Assembly (NCBI RefSeq): GCF_006345805.1
Contig: NC_043015.1
Coordinates: 50,468,001 to 50,532,000 of the forward strand
Direction: 5' to 3'
Length of the DNA stretch: 64,000 nt
Origin: Octopus sinensis
Lineage: Eukaryota
Shown one piece after another: positions 1-12,113 of the stretch. Every line of letters begins with the position of its first letter. Within the stretch, counting starts at the first letter, position 1. The notes under the pieces were generated by a model. The model saw only the letters and a list, made by a program, of their open reading frames with translations. It made no database searches and had not been told where the DNA came from. Both the position numbers and the translations under genes were made by a program.

Positions 1-88
1 TGGTGGATTGTGGAGGATTGTACAAAGAAAAAAAAAGGAAATGTGTGTTAATGGAAGAGGTAGAATGGTAATTAACGGTAGAAAAACT

Positions 89-503
89 GGCACTTGGTTG
101 GTTGTGATGATGAGGGTTCCAGCTGATTTGATCAACAGAACAGCCTGCTCATGAAATTAACGTGCAAGTGGCTGAGAACTCCACAGACATGTATACCCTT
201 AATGTAGTTCTCAGGGAGATTCAGTGTGACAGAGAGTGTGACAAGGCTGGCCCCTTTGAATTACAGGATCAAAGGCAAAGTTGGGGTTTGAACTCAGAAC
301 CTTAAGATGGATGAAATGCCGCTAAGAATCTTGTCTTGTATGCTGACAATTCTGAACAACTTTGGATTACAGGTACAACTCATTTTAAGTAGACTGAAGC
401 AATGAGAAATAAAGTGTCTTGCTCAAGGACACAATATACTGCCAGGGATTGAACCCATGACATTGTGATTGCATGTGGAATTCCTTTACCACCAAGCCAT
501 GGT
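89..503 (-). mobile_element. Decayed tRNA-derived SINE (family S2) interrupted by an S4 SINE fragment (~270-360)
   Basis: Matches the CpG-rich S2 copy at 25720-26040 (gagggttccagctgat...aattaacgtgcaagtggctgag...aaataaagtgtcttgctcaaggacacaa). The insert is flanked by attacagg on both sides. Confidence 0.7.
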
Positions 504-689
504 AGAAAAGAAGCAAGCAAATGCAAGTGGTTTTTAACATGTGTAAGTAAGGGAACGATGTAATGATGGACATAAAACGGTAAGGATTACACAGTAAATG
601 GAAAGGATATAATGGTAATAACATGGGTGGTGATGTTGACAGTGTTGGGTTGGTATGAGTTGAAGGACTGCAGCTATTATTTCTGGCAG

Positions 690-905
690 GTCAAATAACA
701 GCACCTTCATTAGCACATGATGGTAATGTTGATGATGTTGATGCTGGTAAAGGTGATAATGTGTTAGAGCTAGTGGTGGTGGTGGTGGTGGTGGTTATGA
801 TATCAGTTCTGATAATGCCGATGATAGCAGTGTTAACAATGATGATGATGATGATGATGATGGTGTTTATTGCGATGGTAATGGCAGTGAATGCAGTAAT
901 GATGG
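690..905. repeat. (GAT)n/(GGT)n degenerate trinucleotide repeat
   Basis: Seen directly; source of ORF 691..924. Confidence 0.85.
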
Positions 906-1289
906 TGGCACAAATTGAAAACATTTATGAGCAGTTGTGAAGAAGCTTAAATGTTACTCTTGATTAGAAACTGTCTCTGTTGTGTGAATTAATTACTCGG
1001 CTAATACTGATTTCGTTTACACTGAAATTATAGCACAGCAAGTGAGAGAAAATTAATTGCTAATATAAATATTTGTAGCTGTAGTTGTTCATTAGGCCCA
1101 ACTACTATGTGGACTCCAGTTATAAAACAGGCACACCAAGTTCTGGCACATTCTAAGAGATGACAAAAAGATTGGAGACAGGAGGGGCATCTGACTGTAA
1201 ACATTACCTTGGGAAAACCTGTCCAACCCAGGTCAGCATGGTAAAACGTAGCAAAAGAGAAATGATTACCATCAAGCATTGGACAAATG

Positions 1290-1470
1290 CTTAGCAACAT
1301 TTTGTTTGTCCTTACATTCTGGGGTCAAATTCTGCTGAGGTCGACTTTGCCTCTTATCCTTTCAGGGTCTATAAAATGAGTACTAGATGAATACTGGGGT
1401 CAATGTAATCAAGTATCCCACTCCCACCTAATTTCAGGCCTTGTTCCTATAACAGAAAGGATTATTATTA
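1290..1470 (+). mobile_element. SINE family S4 (B-box plus gcctttcatcctttcggggtcgataaa core), 5'-decayed
   Basis: ggggtcaaattc...gtcgactttgcct...atcctttcagggtctataaaatgagtac, ending in (ATT)n. Confidence 0.7.
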
Positions 1471-1485
1471 TTATTATTATTATTA

Positions 1486-2037
1486 TTGAGAGAGCAGTGT
1501 ATGCCAGCAAAGTGAAACTGTGGAAAAATATACGAAGCCCAGTATACCCATCATGACTACCTGTCTGATAAGGGTACACTAGGCACATGCATCACAACCA
1601 TATGTACACGACATGGTGATCTCATATCAAGATAAACAGCGCATGACCTTGCAAGTGGGGCCCAGTTAGAATTTTCTTCTGGTTGAGTAACCCATCCTGC
1701 TCAAAAGGTCCCTGAATAAGGGTTGTTTAAGGATGTTGAAAGAACCACCCATGTTTCCAGAGGTGAATTATTCAAACCCCAAAGAATCCCTCTCAACACA
1801 TGGCTATGATGCTCCCCCACTACTTCTGCTCATGATCAGAGATGCACATATCATCAGCCACTAAGGGACATGCTCAACTGGTTAAGGCCAAACAACTGAC
1901 TAGCAAATCTGTGGTATTGAGCAGAATATTTGCTGTAGTCCATCTTTTATACCAAGACAAAACAATGTACATGATAACACTTCCAATCAGTTACGATCAG
2001 AAGCCATGAGAGCCACTGCCTGGTACTGCATCAGGGC
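1486..2037 (-). mobile_element. Interspersed repeat family S3 (~460-550 bp, (AAT)n-tailed)
   Basis: Reverse complement of the copies at 3772-4205 and 20670-21130. Confidence 0.8.
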
Positions 2038-2353
2038 ATTTGTTGTTGTTCTTCATGCAGTGGGACTGAACCTGGAACCATGTGGTTGTAAAGCAAGCTC
2101 CTTACCACACAACCACACCTGTTTTTTATTGACTTGTGTTTTACTTCTTCCTGGTATGGCCTCCCCACAATCCCTAAAAAATTGCGGGGGGGGGGTGATG
2201 GTTTGGGAGATCTTTCCCCACCCACCGGATATTAAAAAGGTTGAGAGCCACTGATATGAAGTATAGGATAACTTTCATTGAGCATCGATGACAACTGTAA
2301 CAGAACTGACACAATATATTCTTACATCAGAATACGATACAGGAAGTAAACCT

Positions 2354-2700
2354 CCACCACCACCACCACCACCACCAATGACAACAACAACAACAACAAC
2401 ATCGTCACCATCACCATCATCATCAATGAAATAACCACCACCACCATCATCATCACTATCATGAATGCCATAATCATCATCACCATCACTGTCATCATCA
2501 CCAACACCACCATCAACACCACCACCACCACCACCACCACCACCACCACCATATCATCATCATCATCATCACCACCACCACCACCATACCACCACCACCA
2601 CCACCACCATACCACCACCACCACCACTACCACCACCATACCACCATACCACCACCACCACTACCACCACCACCACCACCACCATACCACCACCACCATT
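2354..2700. repeat. (ACC)n/(ATC)n/(AAC)n compound microsatellite
   Basis: Seen directly. Confidence 0.95.
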
Positions 2701-3148
2701 TAACATCCATGTTCTGTACTGTTATGGGGCTATTTTACACATATTTCTCTTGTAATTTTCCATTGAGAGTGTGATTGCATTTTCTTTCAACCTTTTTTCC
2801 CTTGGCTCTGGTTAAAACCATATCTGCACACACGCATGCACGTGTGTGTGTGCGGTCTGATAAACGAGCTTAGGTCTGCACATAGTCAATCCCAATTGCC
2901 TTCAGGTCATTGTTTTCTAATCAAGTCGCTCATACTGCAAATATCATGGTCATCACCATCCATTTTTGAAAACTCAGCCATGCTTGACTGAGACAACTTC
3001 ATAAAAAGGCAAACAGGGTTGCAATTCATTCATTTGGTTTACTTTTTTGTTTTTTTTTGGAAGCAGCCTCAATATTTTTTTCATAAAGGGAGAAAATAGG
3101 ATCATATCAAACGTTATTTCATAATCATTTAATAGCAGCAACGGCAAT

Positions 3149-3192
<44 letters not shown>

Positions 3193-3214
3193 TAATAATA
3201 ATAATCATCATCAT

Positions 3215-3526
3215 CATCATTTAGCGTCCGCTTTCCATGCTAGCATGGGTTGGACAGTTCAACTGGGGTCTGTGAAGCCTGAAGGCTGCATCAGGCCCAG
3301 TCTGATCTGGCAGTTTTTTCTACGGCTGGATGCCCTTCCTAACGCCAACCACTCCATGAGTGTAGTGGGTGCTTTTTACGTGCCACCGGCACAGGGGCCA
3401 GGCGAGGCTGGCAACGGCCACGGATGGATGGTGTTTTTTATGTGCTGCCGGCACGGGGGCCAGGCGAGGCTGGCAACGGCCACAAACGGATGGTGCTTTT
3501 ACGTACCACCGGCACGGGGGCCAGGC

Positions 3527-3530
<4 letters not shown>
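3215..3530 (-). mobile_element. Repeat family S5 with RTE-like (GAT)n 3' tail and internal tandem subunits
   Basis: tttagcgtccgctttccatgctagcatgggttggac...ggatgcccttcctaacgccaacc; reverse complement of 10115-10378. Confidence 0.75.
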
Positions 3531-3559
<29 letters not shown>

Positions 3560-3770
3560 CTTTTCTACTCTAGGCACAAGGCCCAAAATTTTAGAGGAGG
3601 GTTCCAGTCGATTAGATCAAACCCAGTACGCAACTAGTAATTAATTTATCGACCCAGTAAGGATGAAAGGCAAATTCGCCCTCAGCAGAGTTTGAACTCA
3701 GAACGTCAAGCCAGACGAAATACTGCAAAACATTTCGCCCGGCATGCTAACGATTCTGCCAGCTTACCAA
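3560..3770 (-). mobile_element. SINE family S4
   Basis: ggcacaaggccc...ggatgaaaggcaaa...tttgaactcagaac...ctaacgattctgccagc. Confidence 0.8.
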
Positions 3771-3771
3771 A

Positions 3772-4205
3772 TAGATTTGCTTGTCAGTTGTTTGACCGTA
3801 ACCAGTTGAGCAATGTCCCTTGGTGGCTGACAATATGTGCATCTCTGATCACGAGCAGAAGTAGTGGGGGAGCACCATAGCCATGTATTTAGATGGATTC
3901 TTTGGGGCTTGGATAATTCACCTCTGGAAACATGGGTGTTTTGTTCAACATCCTTAAACAAATCTTATTCAGGGACCTTTTGAGTGGGATGGGCTACTCG
4001 ACCAGAAGAAAATTCTAACTGGGCCCCACCTGCAAGGTCATGTGCTGTTTATCTTGATATGAGATCACCATGTCATGCACATTTGGTTGTGATGCATGTG
4101 CCTAGTGTACTCTTATCAGATGGGTAGTTATGATGGGTATACTGTTCTTTGTATATTTTACCCCAGTGTCACTTTGATGGCATGCACTGCTCTCTACCTC
4201 AATGA
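3772..4205 (+). mobile_element. Repeat family S3, 5'-truncated
   Basis: Near-identical to 20700-21130. Confidence 0.8.
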
Positions 4206-4210
4206 TAGTA

Positions 4211-4290
<80 letters not shown>

Positions 4291-4507
4291 AACAATAATA
4301 ATAATAATAGTTTCGAATTATGGCACAAGGCCAGCAATTTTTTAAGAGTAGGAGCTTAACTGACCCTGCAAGAATGAAAGGCAAAGTTGATCTCACTGTG
4401 GTTTGAACTTAGATTGTAAAAACCCAGAACCACAAAGCACCTTTGTTTTTTTGTTATACTCTAACAATACTGCCATCTCACTAATAACAACAACAAGAAC
4501 AATAATG

Positions 4508-4561
<54 letters not shown>

Positions 4562-4963
4562 TCAACAAAGTGAAGGTAGATGTTAACACCCAGATAACCC
4601 ATTAAATTTGACATCTTCTGTATCAAGAAAAATAAGAGAATTAATTAAATTTCCAACAAGTAATTAAGTAAATTCCACTCCAAAGACAACAACAACAGAC
4701 ATTAAGTAATCTTAACTGGCTGCCGTTATAATAAAATTGCTGTATCTATCAGAAAAACATGTTATAATATCAACTGATAAATGTTTACATAACTTCATAT
4801 AATGCATTATTGTATTTTCGTATATTTAAATAATAAGTAACAATAATTTGATTGACTTAGACAGGAAAATGTAAGACAATATGGAAAATTCATTTTGCTG
4901 TAGCTAGGTGTTGGCAGAGCTGTATGTTTTACAAACACACTGAAATTTCTTGCAATACACATT

Positions 4964-4995
<32 letters not shown>

Positions 4996-5333
4996 ATGGG
5001 GCGAAACTGAGTATTACCATTTTGGTTGATAACTGATAAAGAATTAGGGTCCATCTGTGTCTTATATATACACGTTTTTTGTCTGTTGTTTATTTACAAT
5101 GCATTTATATATATATAGGTTCATTCTCTGGCATAGACTATTTTCGGTTTGGCCTATGTATTACTCTTGACACCCTGAGCAAGTTCACACAATTATTAGG
5201 TTTCCCGAAGCACACTTTTCAGGAATCCAGAAGCAACATCACTCATATTAACTATTTCTTCAGATCTGCTACCACGTACTGAGCTTTCACAAAAGTAAAA
5301 GAGAAGAAGACAGAAAAAAGGAAAATGTCATAC

Positions 5334-5344
5334 CTATTTGAAGA
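5334..5344 (-). other. Candidate 11-nt microexon
   Basis: Minus strand: ttttttttttccatag|TCTTCAAATAG|gtatga, in a non-repeat island. Confidence 0.2.
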
Positions 5345-5557
5345 CTATGGAAAAAAAAAACATTTCATTTAATTTTTCCACAATTTAATTGTTTTCTATG
5401 CTTTACTCTAAGTTGAAAAAGTCGCAAAGGCTGAAACCGGTACTGAAATGTTCTTCATGATAAAATTATTTTAGCTTTTTCTACCTTGTCTTATTTTCTT
5501 TATACATGTCAACTCATGTGTTACTTTTCACGCTTCTACACACACACACATGCAAAA

Positions 5558-5595
<38 letters not shown>

Positions 5596-5598
<3 letters not shown>

Positions 5599-5735
5599 TG
5601 CATGAAAGGCTGTGAGGTAAGAAGTTTACTTCCTAACCGCATGATTCTAGATTCAGTCCCACTGCATGGCACCTTGGGCCAACCAAATCCTTGTGAGTGG
5701 ATTTGGTAGACGGAAACTGAAAGAAGCACATTGTA
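5596..5735 (+). mobile_element. SINE family S1, tRNA-like 5' half
   Basis: ggctgtgaggtaagaag...ttcagtcccactgcatggcaccttggg...gagtggatttggtagacggaaactgaaagaagc. Confidence 0.75.
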
Positions 5736-5811
5736 TATATATATACATACATACATGCACTTATATATATATAGATACATACATACATATATATATATAT
5801 TATATATATAT

Positions 5812-5848
<37 letters not shown>

Positions 5849-6170
5849 TATATATATGTATATAATGTATGTGTATATATATATATATATATATACATAT
5901 GTATATGCATGTATATATGTGGTAGAATAAGCAGTAGGTTTAAAAAACGAAAAACACACTGGGATCAATTCAGTAAAAGATAAAAGATATATGTGTGTGT
6001 GTATGCATGTATGTGTGCTGCATGTGTGTGTGTGTGTATGCATGTATGTGTGCTGCATGTGTGTATGTGTGTGTATGTGTGTGTGCATGCATGTGTGTAT
6101 GTGCATGCATGTGCATATGTGTGTGTGCATGCATGTATGTGTATGCATGCATATGTGTGTGTGTGTGTTT
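5735..6170. repeat. (AT)n and (GT/ATGC)n microsatellites
   Basis: Seen directly. Confidence 0.95.
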
Positions 6171-7019
6171 TCAAAACCAGATAGGTTATTAGAGAAAATA
6201 AAGTTGAAGTATGGAGCTTTGCAGTGCGTGATATTTGTAATATTTGGTTGTTTACTACCATCATTATTATTATTATTATTATTATTATTTTCATCACTAC
6301 TATTACGTTTCTTATGGATTCTTGATTATATACATGACATATGTTGACAGTTGCAGCTGGTTGAGTTTGGAAAAATGACTGCCTCGGTTTCACCGATTGA
6401 AAAGGTCAACAGTTTATAAACCAACGAACACAACCAGACAAACAGACAGACACTCCGCCACTCCTCCCGACAAAAACCTACCACCACTCTCTAACCTTTT
6501 CTTTGTCTTTCATTACTCTCCATCTTGAAGAAGAAGAAGAAGAAGAAGAAGAAAAAAATAACCACAATAACCAGTAGTCTCAAATTAATTGATGCCACAA
6601 TACTAATTTAGATTGACTGACAATTCTCAAGAATTTTCTTCTAAACTGTAATTGGTAGGTTTGGACACAGCGAAGAATTCGAATGATTCTGGCAATGCCT
6701 TCGCAGTCAAAATTTCACAGAGTCAGCCAAAAACTAGAACAAAGAGAGAGAAAGGGAAAGAGAAAGAGAGAGAGAGAGAGAGAAAGAGAGAGAAAAGGAA
6801 GGAGAGAGAGCGAGAGAGAGTTTAATACACACACAGAACGCATACACCTACCTAGAAGGTTTGTTAATCATTCTAAAATAATAGATTTAGTTGAAATCTT
6901 CTTATCAAGCTCTGGCAACCTAAACACCTGGTAAGTCTCTCAGGAAGACTACAATATAGGTTTATCAATGAGAAATTGCTATTTTCTCCAGTTTCCTTTA
7001 TGGCATCATCATCATCACC

Positions 7020-7745
7020 ATCACCAGGTCTGCCTGACAGGCTCCTGTGCTGATGGTGCGTAAAAATCACCACCCAAACATGGTCGATGCCAGGTCCGTC
7101 TGACTGGCTCCTATGCCGGTGACACATAAAAAGTACCACATAAATGAAGTCAACGCCAGGACTGCCGACTGGCTCTCATGTCAGTGGTATGTAAAAAGCA
7201 CTATCCGAACATGGTCGATACCAGGTCCGCCTGACTGGCTCTCGTGCCAGTGACATGTAAAAAGCTCCCCCCAAACATGGTCCATGCCAGGACTGCCTGA
7301 TTGGTTCCTGTGCCGGTGGCACATAAAATGTACCACCCAAACGAAGTCAATGCCAGGACTGCCTGACTGGCTTTCATGCCAGTGGTATGTAAAAAGCACT
7401 ATCCGAACATGGTCAATACCAGGTCTGCCTGACTGGCTCTCGTGCCAGTGGCACATAAAAAGCACCACCCAAACATGGTCGATGCCAAGTCCACCTGACT
7501 GGCTCCTGTGCTGGTGGAAAATAAAAAGCACCATCCAAACATGGTCGATGCCAGGTCTGCCTGACTGGCTCTCGTGCCAGTGACATGTAAAAAGCACTAT
7601 CCGAACATGGTCGATGCCAGGTCCGCCTGACTGGCTCTCGTGCCAGTGACATGTAAAAAGCACTATCCAAACATGGTCGATACCAGGTCTGCCTGACTGG
7701 CTCCTGTGCCGGTGGCACATAAAAAGCACCATCCAAACATGGCTA
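7020..7745 (+). repeat. 66-bp tandem minisatellite (~11 units) amplified from the S5 internal subunit
   Basis: The gcctgactggct anchor recurs at 7032, 7098, 7164, 7229, 7295, 7361, 7427, 7493, 7559, 7625 and 7691. Confidence 0.9.
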
Positions 7746-8072
7746 ATGGAACTTTATGATTCTATATTAGCCCTAACCCTTAGACTCACATGAGGCATTC
7801 TCCCCCTCCTTCCTTATCTCACTCATATTATACCTCCCATTCAATCCCTACACAACATTCAAGACAAACCCCGACCTTCCTTCAACTGCATACCTTAAGA
7901 ATTTCTATAAATGCCAGTGCTTTCTCTAACTACTGAAAACAATAATCTCTATACATCAACAATACAAACCTATCCTTAATTCCTTTTTTTGAGGAAATAC
8001 CAAGTGGAAATACCAAATGGTATTACCAATAGGGCTTTGAATATAACTTTTCCTTTCTTGGAACTAATATAA

Positions 8073-8235
8073 GTGCAGGGGTGGCTGTGCGGTAAGAGGC
8101 TTGCTTCCCAACCTCGTGGTTCCAGGTTCAGTCCCGTTGTGTAGCACCTTGGGTAAGTGTCTTTTGCTGAAGCCGTGGGCTGACCAAAGCCTTGTGAGTG
8201 GATTTGGTAGCTGGAAACTGAAAGAAGCCTGTCAT
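8073..8235 (+). mobile_element. SINE family S1, 5' half
   Basis: gtgcaggggtggctgtgcggtaagagg...ggttcagtccc...gagtggatttggtag. Confidence 0.75.
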
Positions 8236-8306
8236 ATATATACATATATATATATAAATTTAAATAAATAAGGATAAGATCGTTATTTAAATACTGATCT
8301 TATCAG

Positions 8307-8337
8307 GTGGCCAGCATGGGAATAAAAACCCTCAAAG
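8307..8337 (+). CDS. Candidate short exon with strong-Kozak ATG (MGIKTLK)
   Basis: tcttatcag|GTGGCCAGCATGG...CAAAG|gtaata. Its phase-1 end is frame-compatible with 8661-8692. No homology recognised. Confidence 0.2.
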
Positions 8338-8660
8338 GTAATATATATATACAGGTATGAGTTAGAGCTGTTTTAGCCTCTTAGGGATAGATATATCCAA
8401 AGGCACTCCTGGTAATTACCTCAGTAGGTATATTAGTAAAAGGTATATAACAGCAGGTAATAATGCAGGTAAATTGTAGTTTAATTTATATAGACACGAA
8501 GAAAATGGAGGAAAAATAACAAACAGAAGTGTGTCTTTTGTGCTATTAAACCATTATTTACTTAGTAAATAAAGGTGAGAGTGAGAGTGAAGTTGTTTAC
8601 AATCGTTTCTGTTTATCATGGTGAGGAGAATATATATTTATATCTTTGCCTTGTTACCAG

Positions 8661-8692
8661 TGGTAGACATAATCAGAACGAAGAAGTCAGAG
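8661..8692 (+). CDS. Candidate 32-nt exon (VVDIIRTKKSE)
   Basis: tctttgccttgttaccag|TG...TCAGAG|gtagag; the frame stays open past this weak donor up to the mariner insertion. Confidence 0.2.
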
Positions 8693-8752
8693 GTAGAGAG
8701 AAGAAGAGCAAAAGATCGAGGATTACATTGGAAAAGAGAAGATATATATATA

Positions 8753-10045
8753 CGAGGGGCGTTCAATTAGTAATGCTCCTGACCCTCTCGCACTTGTTTG
8801 ATCTAGCTGAAATTTTGCATGTGCAATTATTCATATTGCTATAGATTAAGTGTCAAATTACAGCTCTGAAATAATTGTGGTTTCCGATTTACAGGTGTTT
8901 GAACTGAGCCAAGTGTGAAATGGAGCTTGTTGAGTGTCAAGCAGTGATCCGGTTTTTGTATTTGAAAGAACGCACACCACGGGAAACTTTTGATGAAATG
9001 AAAGTAACTTATGGTGATGATGCCCCATCATATGACCTTGTAAAACGCTGGCATCGTGAATTCAAATATGGTCGGAACTTTGTGGAAACAGCTCCCAGAT
9101 CTGGTCGCCCCCCTTCTGCCATTAATGAGGCATCTGTCCGTCAAATTGAGGCTGCTATTTTGGAAGATCGACGCATAGCTATTCGCTAAATAGCCCATGA
9201 GGTCAAGATTAGTACTGGATCTGTGGAAACTATCATTCATGACCATTTGCATATGCAAAAGGTGTCTGCCAGATGGATTCCCAGGTTGCACACGTCTTTT
9301 CAGAAGCAAAAACGCGTCGAGTGCTATAGGATGAATCTGGAGATATGCCAAGAAGATGAGTCAAAATTTTTCAAAAGACTGATTACACAAGAGGAAACCT
9401 GGGCCCATCATTATGATCCAGAGACCAAATCCCAGTCAATGCAGTGGAAGAACCGTGATTCACCTCCTCCAAAGTAGGCAAGGGTGCAGCCCTCTGCTGG
9501 CAAGGTCATGCTCACAGTCTTCTGGGACCAGGAGGGAGTAGTGATGACAGATTTCCTGGCAAAGGGTACCACAATTACAGGAGCCTATTAAGCTTCACTT
9601 TTGAGGAAATTAAGAGAAGCTATCAAAATCAAGAGGCGGGGCAAGATCAGCAAAGGCATCCTCCTCATGCAGGACAACGCACCGGTCCACAACTCGCATG
9701 TCGCCAGATAAGAAGCGCAGGCGTGCAGCTATAAACTCTTCCCCCATCCCCCCTGCTCTCCTGACCTCGCACCCCCTGATTTTCACCTCTTCCCAGTCAT
9801 GAAGTTGTTTTTGAAAGGAAAGCGTTTTCCAGATGATGCAGCCTTGATTTCTGAAGTCACGTCATCGTTGGCGGACCAAGCTGGGGTCTTCAACAAAAAT
9901 GGTCTCGTGAGCTGCATCAAACGATGGGAGAAATGCATGACTCTGGGTATTTTCTATGGAGGAAAAGACTAATAACTGTGCCAAGTTTCGTTGCTCTACT
10001 TCTATGGGAAGTGGGTCAGGGGCATTACTTATTGAACGCCCCTCG
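8753..10045 (+). mobile_element. Full-length mariner DNA transposon (1,293 bp)
   Basis: 33-bp TIRs (cgaggggcgttcaattagtaatgctcctgaccc vs its reverse complement, 2 mismatches); TA on both sides. Confidence 0.97.
8920..9972 (+). pseudogene. Mariner D,D34D transposase pseudogene (350 codons, 4 in-frame stops, no frameshift)
   Basis: HTH N-terminus, WIPR, ITQEETW (first catalytic D replaced by E), QDNAP, SPDLAPPD (34 residues between D2 and D3). Stops at 9187, 9475, 9589 and 9709. Confidence 0.95.
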
Positions 10046-10114
10046 TATATATATATATTACAAATATATATATATATGTATATATATTACAAATATATAC
10101 ATATTTATATATAG

Positions 10115-10378
10115 TCGTTGCCAGTGCCGCTGGACTGGCTCCTGTGCAGGTGGCACATAAAAAACACTGCTTGAGCGTGGCCGTTGCCAGTACTGCCTGA
10201 CTGGCCCTCATACCGGTTACACTCTCGGAGTGGTTGGCGTTATGAAGGGCATCCAGCTGTAGAAACTCTGCCAGATCAGATTGGAGCCTGGTGCAGCCAT
10301 CTGGTTCGCCAGTCCTCAGTCAAATCTTCCAACCCATGCTAGCATGGAAAGTGAACGTTAAACACTGATGATGATGAT
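10115..10378 (+). mobile_element. Repeat family S5
   Basis: ...ccaacccatgctagcatggaaagtgaacgttaaac followed by a (GAT)n tail. Confidence 0.75.
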
Positions 10379-10924
10379 ATATATTACAAATATGATTTGC
10401 AAAATCCATGGATTTTAAGGGGAATATCAAATACATGTGTTCATTTCTTCAGGTATGTGTTCATTCCATGATGATGATGAGGATGATGATGATGATGCTG
10501 GCATGGGTTGGATGGTTCAACAGAGGTGCTGGCAAGCTGGAGAGCTGCATCAAGTTCCAGTTGTCATTTTTGGGATGATTTCTATGGCTGGATGCCCTTC
10601 CCAATACCCATCACTTTATAGAACATAGTGCTTTTACATGGCAGCAACACAGGTGCTTTTTATGTGGAAATAGCACAGGTGCTAATTACAGGGCACCAGC
10701 ACAGGTTCTTTTCGTGTGGCACCATTGATGTCAAGAATTTATAAACTCTTGTAGTTCTTGAAGTACATATAAAGTTATATACAACAACAAATAAATATTG
10801 GAATGTAAAACTCTTTTGGACAGAAAAAGTTGAAGGCTGCACATGGAACTGAAACCTACATCTCTCATAGACATGACAGGCATTCTATATTTATATACTA
10901 TTATTTATAACAGTCGTTCTCAAC

Positions 10925-12113
10925 AGAGTGCCATTCTAAGCATCCTTGTATAACAACCGTCCAACTGCTTCTTCAATGCTTTAGTGAGCAACCATGTTTC
11001 AGACTCCACTGTTGCCAGAAACAACCTCACTTTCAATTTCCTTGCTAACTTTGAACTCCAGACCTTTCTTAATTTATAGCATGCACTCCAGGTTAGAGCT
11101 TTCCTTGTTACAATATCTTTTTCAGTACTTTGTGTCCAGGCACCAAGGTATTTGAAATTTTCATCTACCTTCAGTGACTTACCGTCTCTCTCTTTCACTG
11201 ACACAAGCATTTCGTGGTTAAATACTTGCAGTTCTGTTTTCTTTGTGTTACGGTACAGTCCTACCTTCCCTGATTCCTGCTCTAATCTGCTCAGCACCTT
11301 CTGTACCTGATCTGTCCTCTCTGTTAGTAATGCTAGATCATCAGCATTACAGAAAAGTCACCCAACAAACACCGACTTATACCAGGGACTACCGAAAGTA
11401 ACATTGAAGATACAGCATAGAAGGATGAGGCCAGCTGGACACTGCATCAGACACACCGATAAAATTGTCAGTAAGCGCAGGAGTGGCTGTATGGTAAGTA
11501 GCTTGCTAACCAACCACATGGTTCCGGGTTCAGTCCCACTGCGTGGCATCTTGGGCAAGTGTCTTCTGCTATAGCCCCGGGCCGACCAATGCCTTGTGAG
11601 TGGATTTGGTAGATGGAAACTGAAAGAAGCCTGTCGTATATATATATATATATTATATATATATATATATGTATATGTGTGTGTGGGGGGGTTTGTGTGT
11701 CTGTGTTTGTCCCCCTAGCATTCTTGACAACCGATGCTGGTGTGTTTACGTCCCCGTCACTTAGCGGTTCGGCAAAAGAGACTGATAGAATAAGTACTGG
11801 GCTTCCAAATAATAAGTCCTGGGGAAGATGTGCTCGACTAAAGGTGGTGCTCTAGCATGGCCACAGTCAAATGACTGAAACAAGTAAAAGAGTAAAGAGT
11901 AAAGAGAGTAAGTTAGTGCTCTGGCAGCCAATGAAAGGAAGAACCAGGACAGGAAGGAGAAAAATGAACTATATCAACAACTTGCTGGAGGATACTGGAA
12001 TGGAAGGGATACAGGAGCTGAGGACCATTATGGAAGATCGAGATGAGTGGGGAAAGCATGTGGAAACAGTCTTGAAGTGTCCTGAGGGATGACCTAGATA
12101 GACATAGATAGAT
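10925..12113 (+). mobile_element. 5'-truncated, 5'-inverted RTE-clade LINE insertion with nested S1 SINE
   Basis: 10925-11358 encodes RT C-terminus on the minus strand (ADDLALL...FKYLG...YTRMLRMAL). 11359-12092 continues on the plus strand (HPTNTDLYQGLPKV...GHC...LWQP...GRRK...DRDEW). (GATA)-like tail; TSD gttctcaac at 10916-10924 and 12114-12122. Confidence 0.9.
11476..11906 (+). mobile_element. Full-length SINE family S1 inserted in the RTE
   Basis: tRNA-like head to aaacaagtaaaagag tail. TSD agtaag (11470-11475 / 11907-11912); removing it restores the frame VSKLVLWQP. Confidence 0.92.

Noticed and set aside
7020-7745. CRISPR-like regular repeat (also 33560-34400 and 45380-45640)
   Set aside because: Contiguous tandem units without unique spacers, eukaryotic context, no cas genes.
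8920-9972. Active or domesticated transposase
   Set aside because: Four in-frame stops and a mutated first catalytic Asp.
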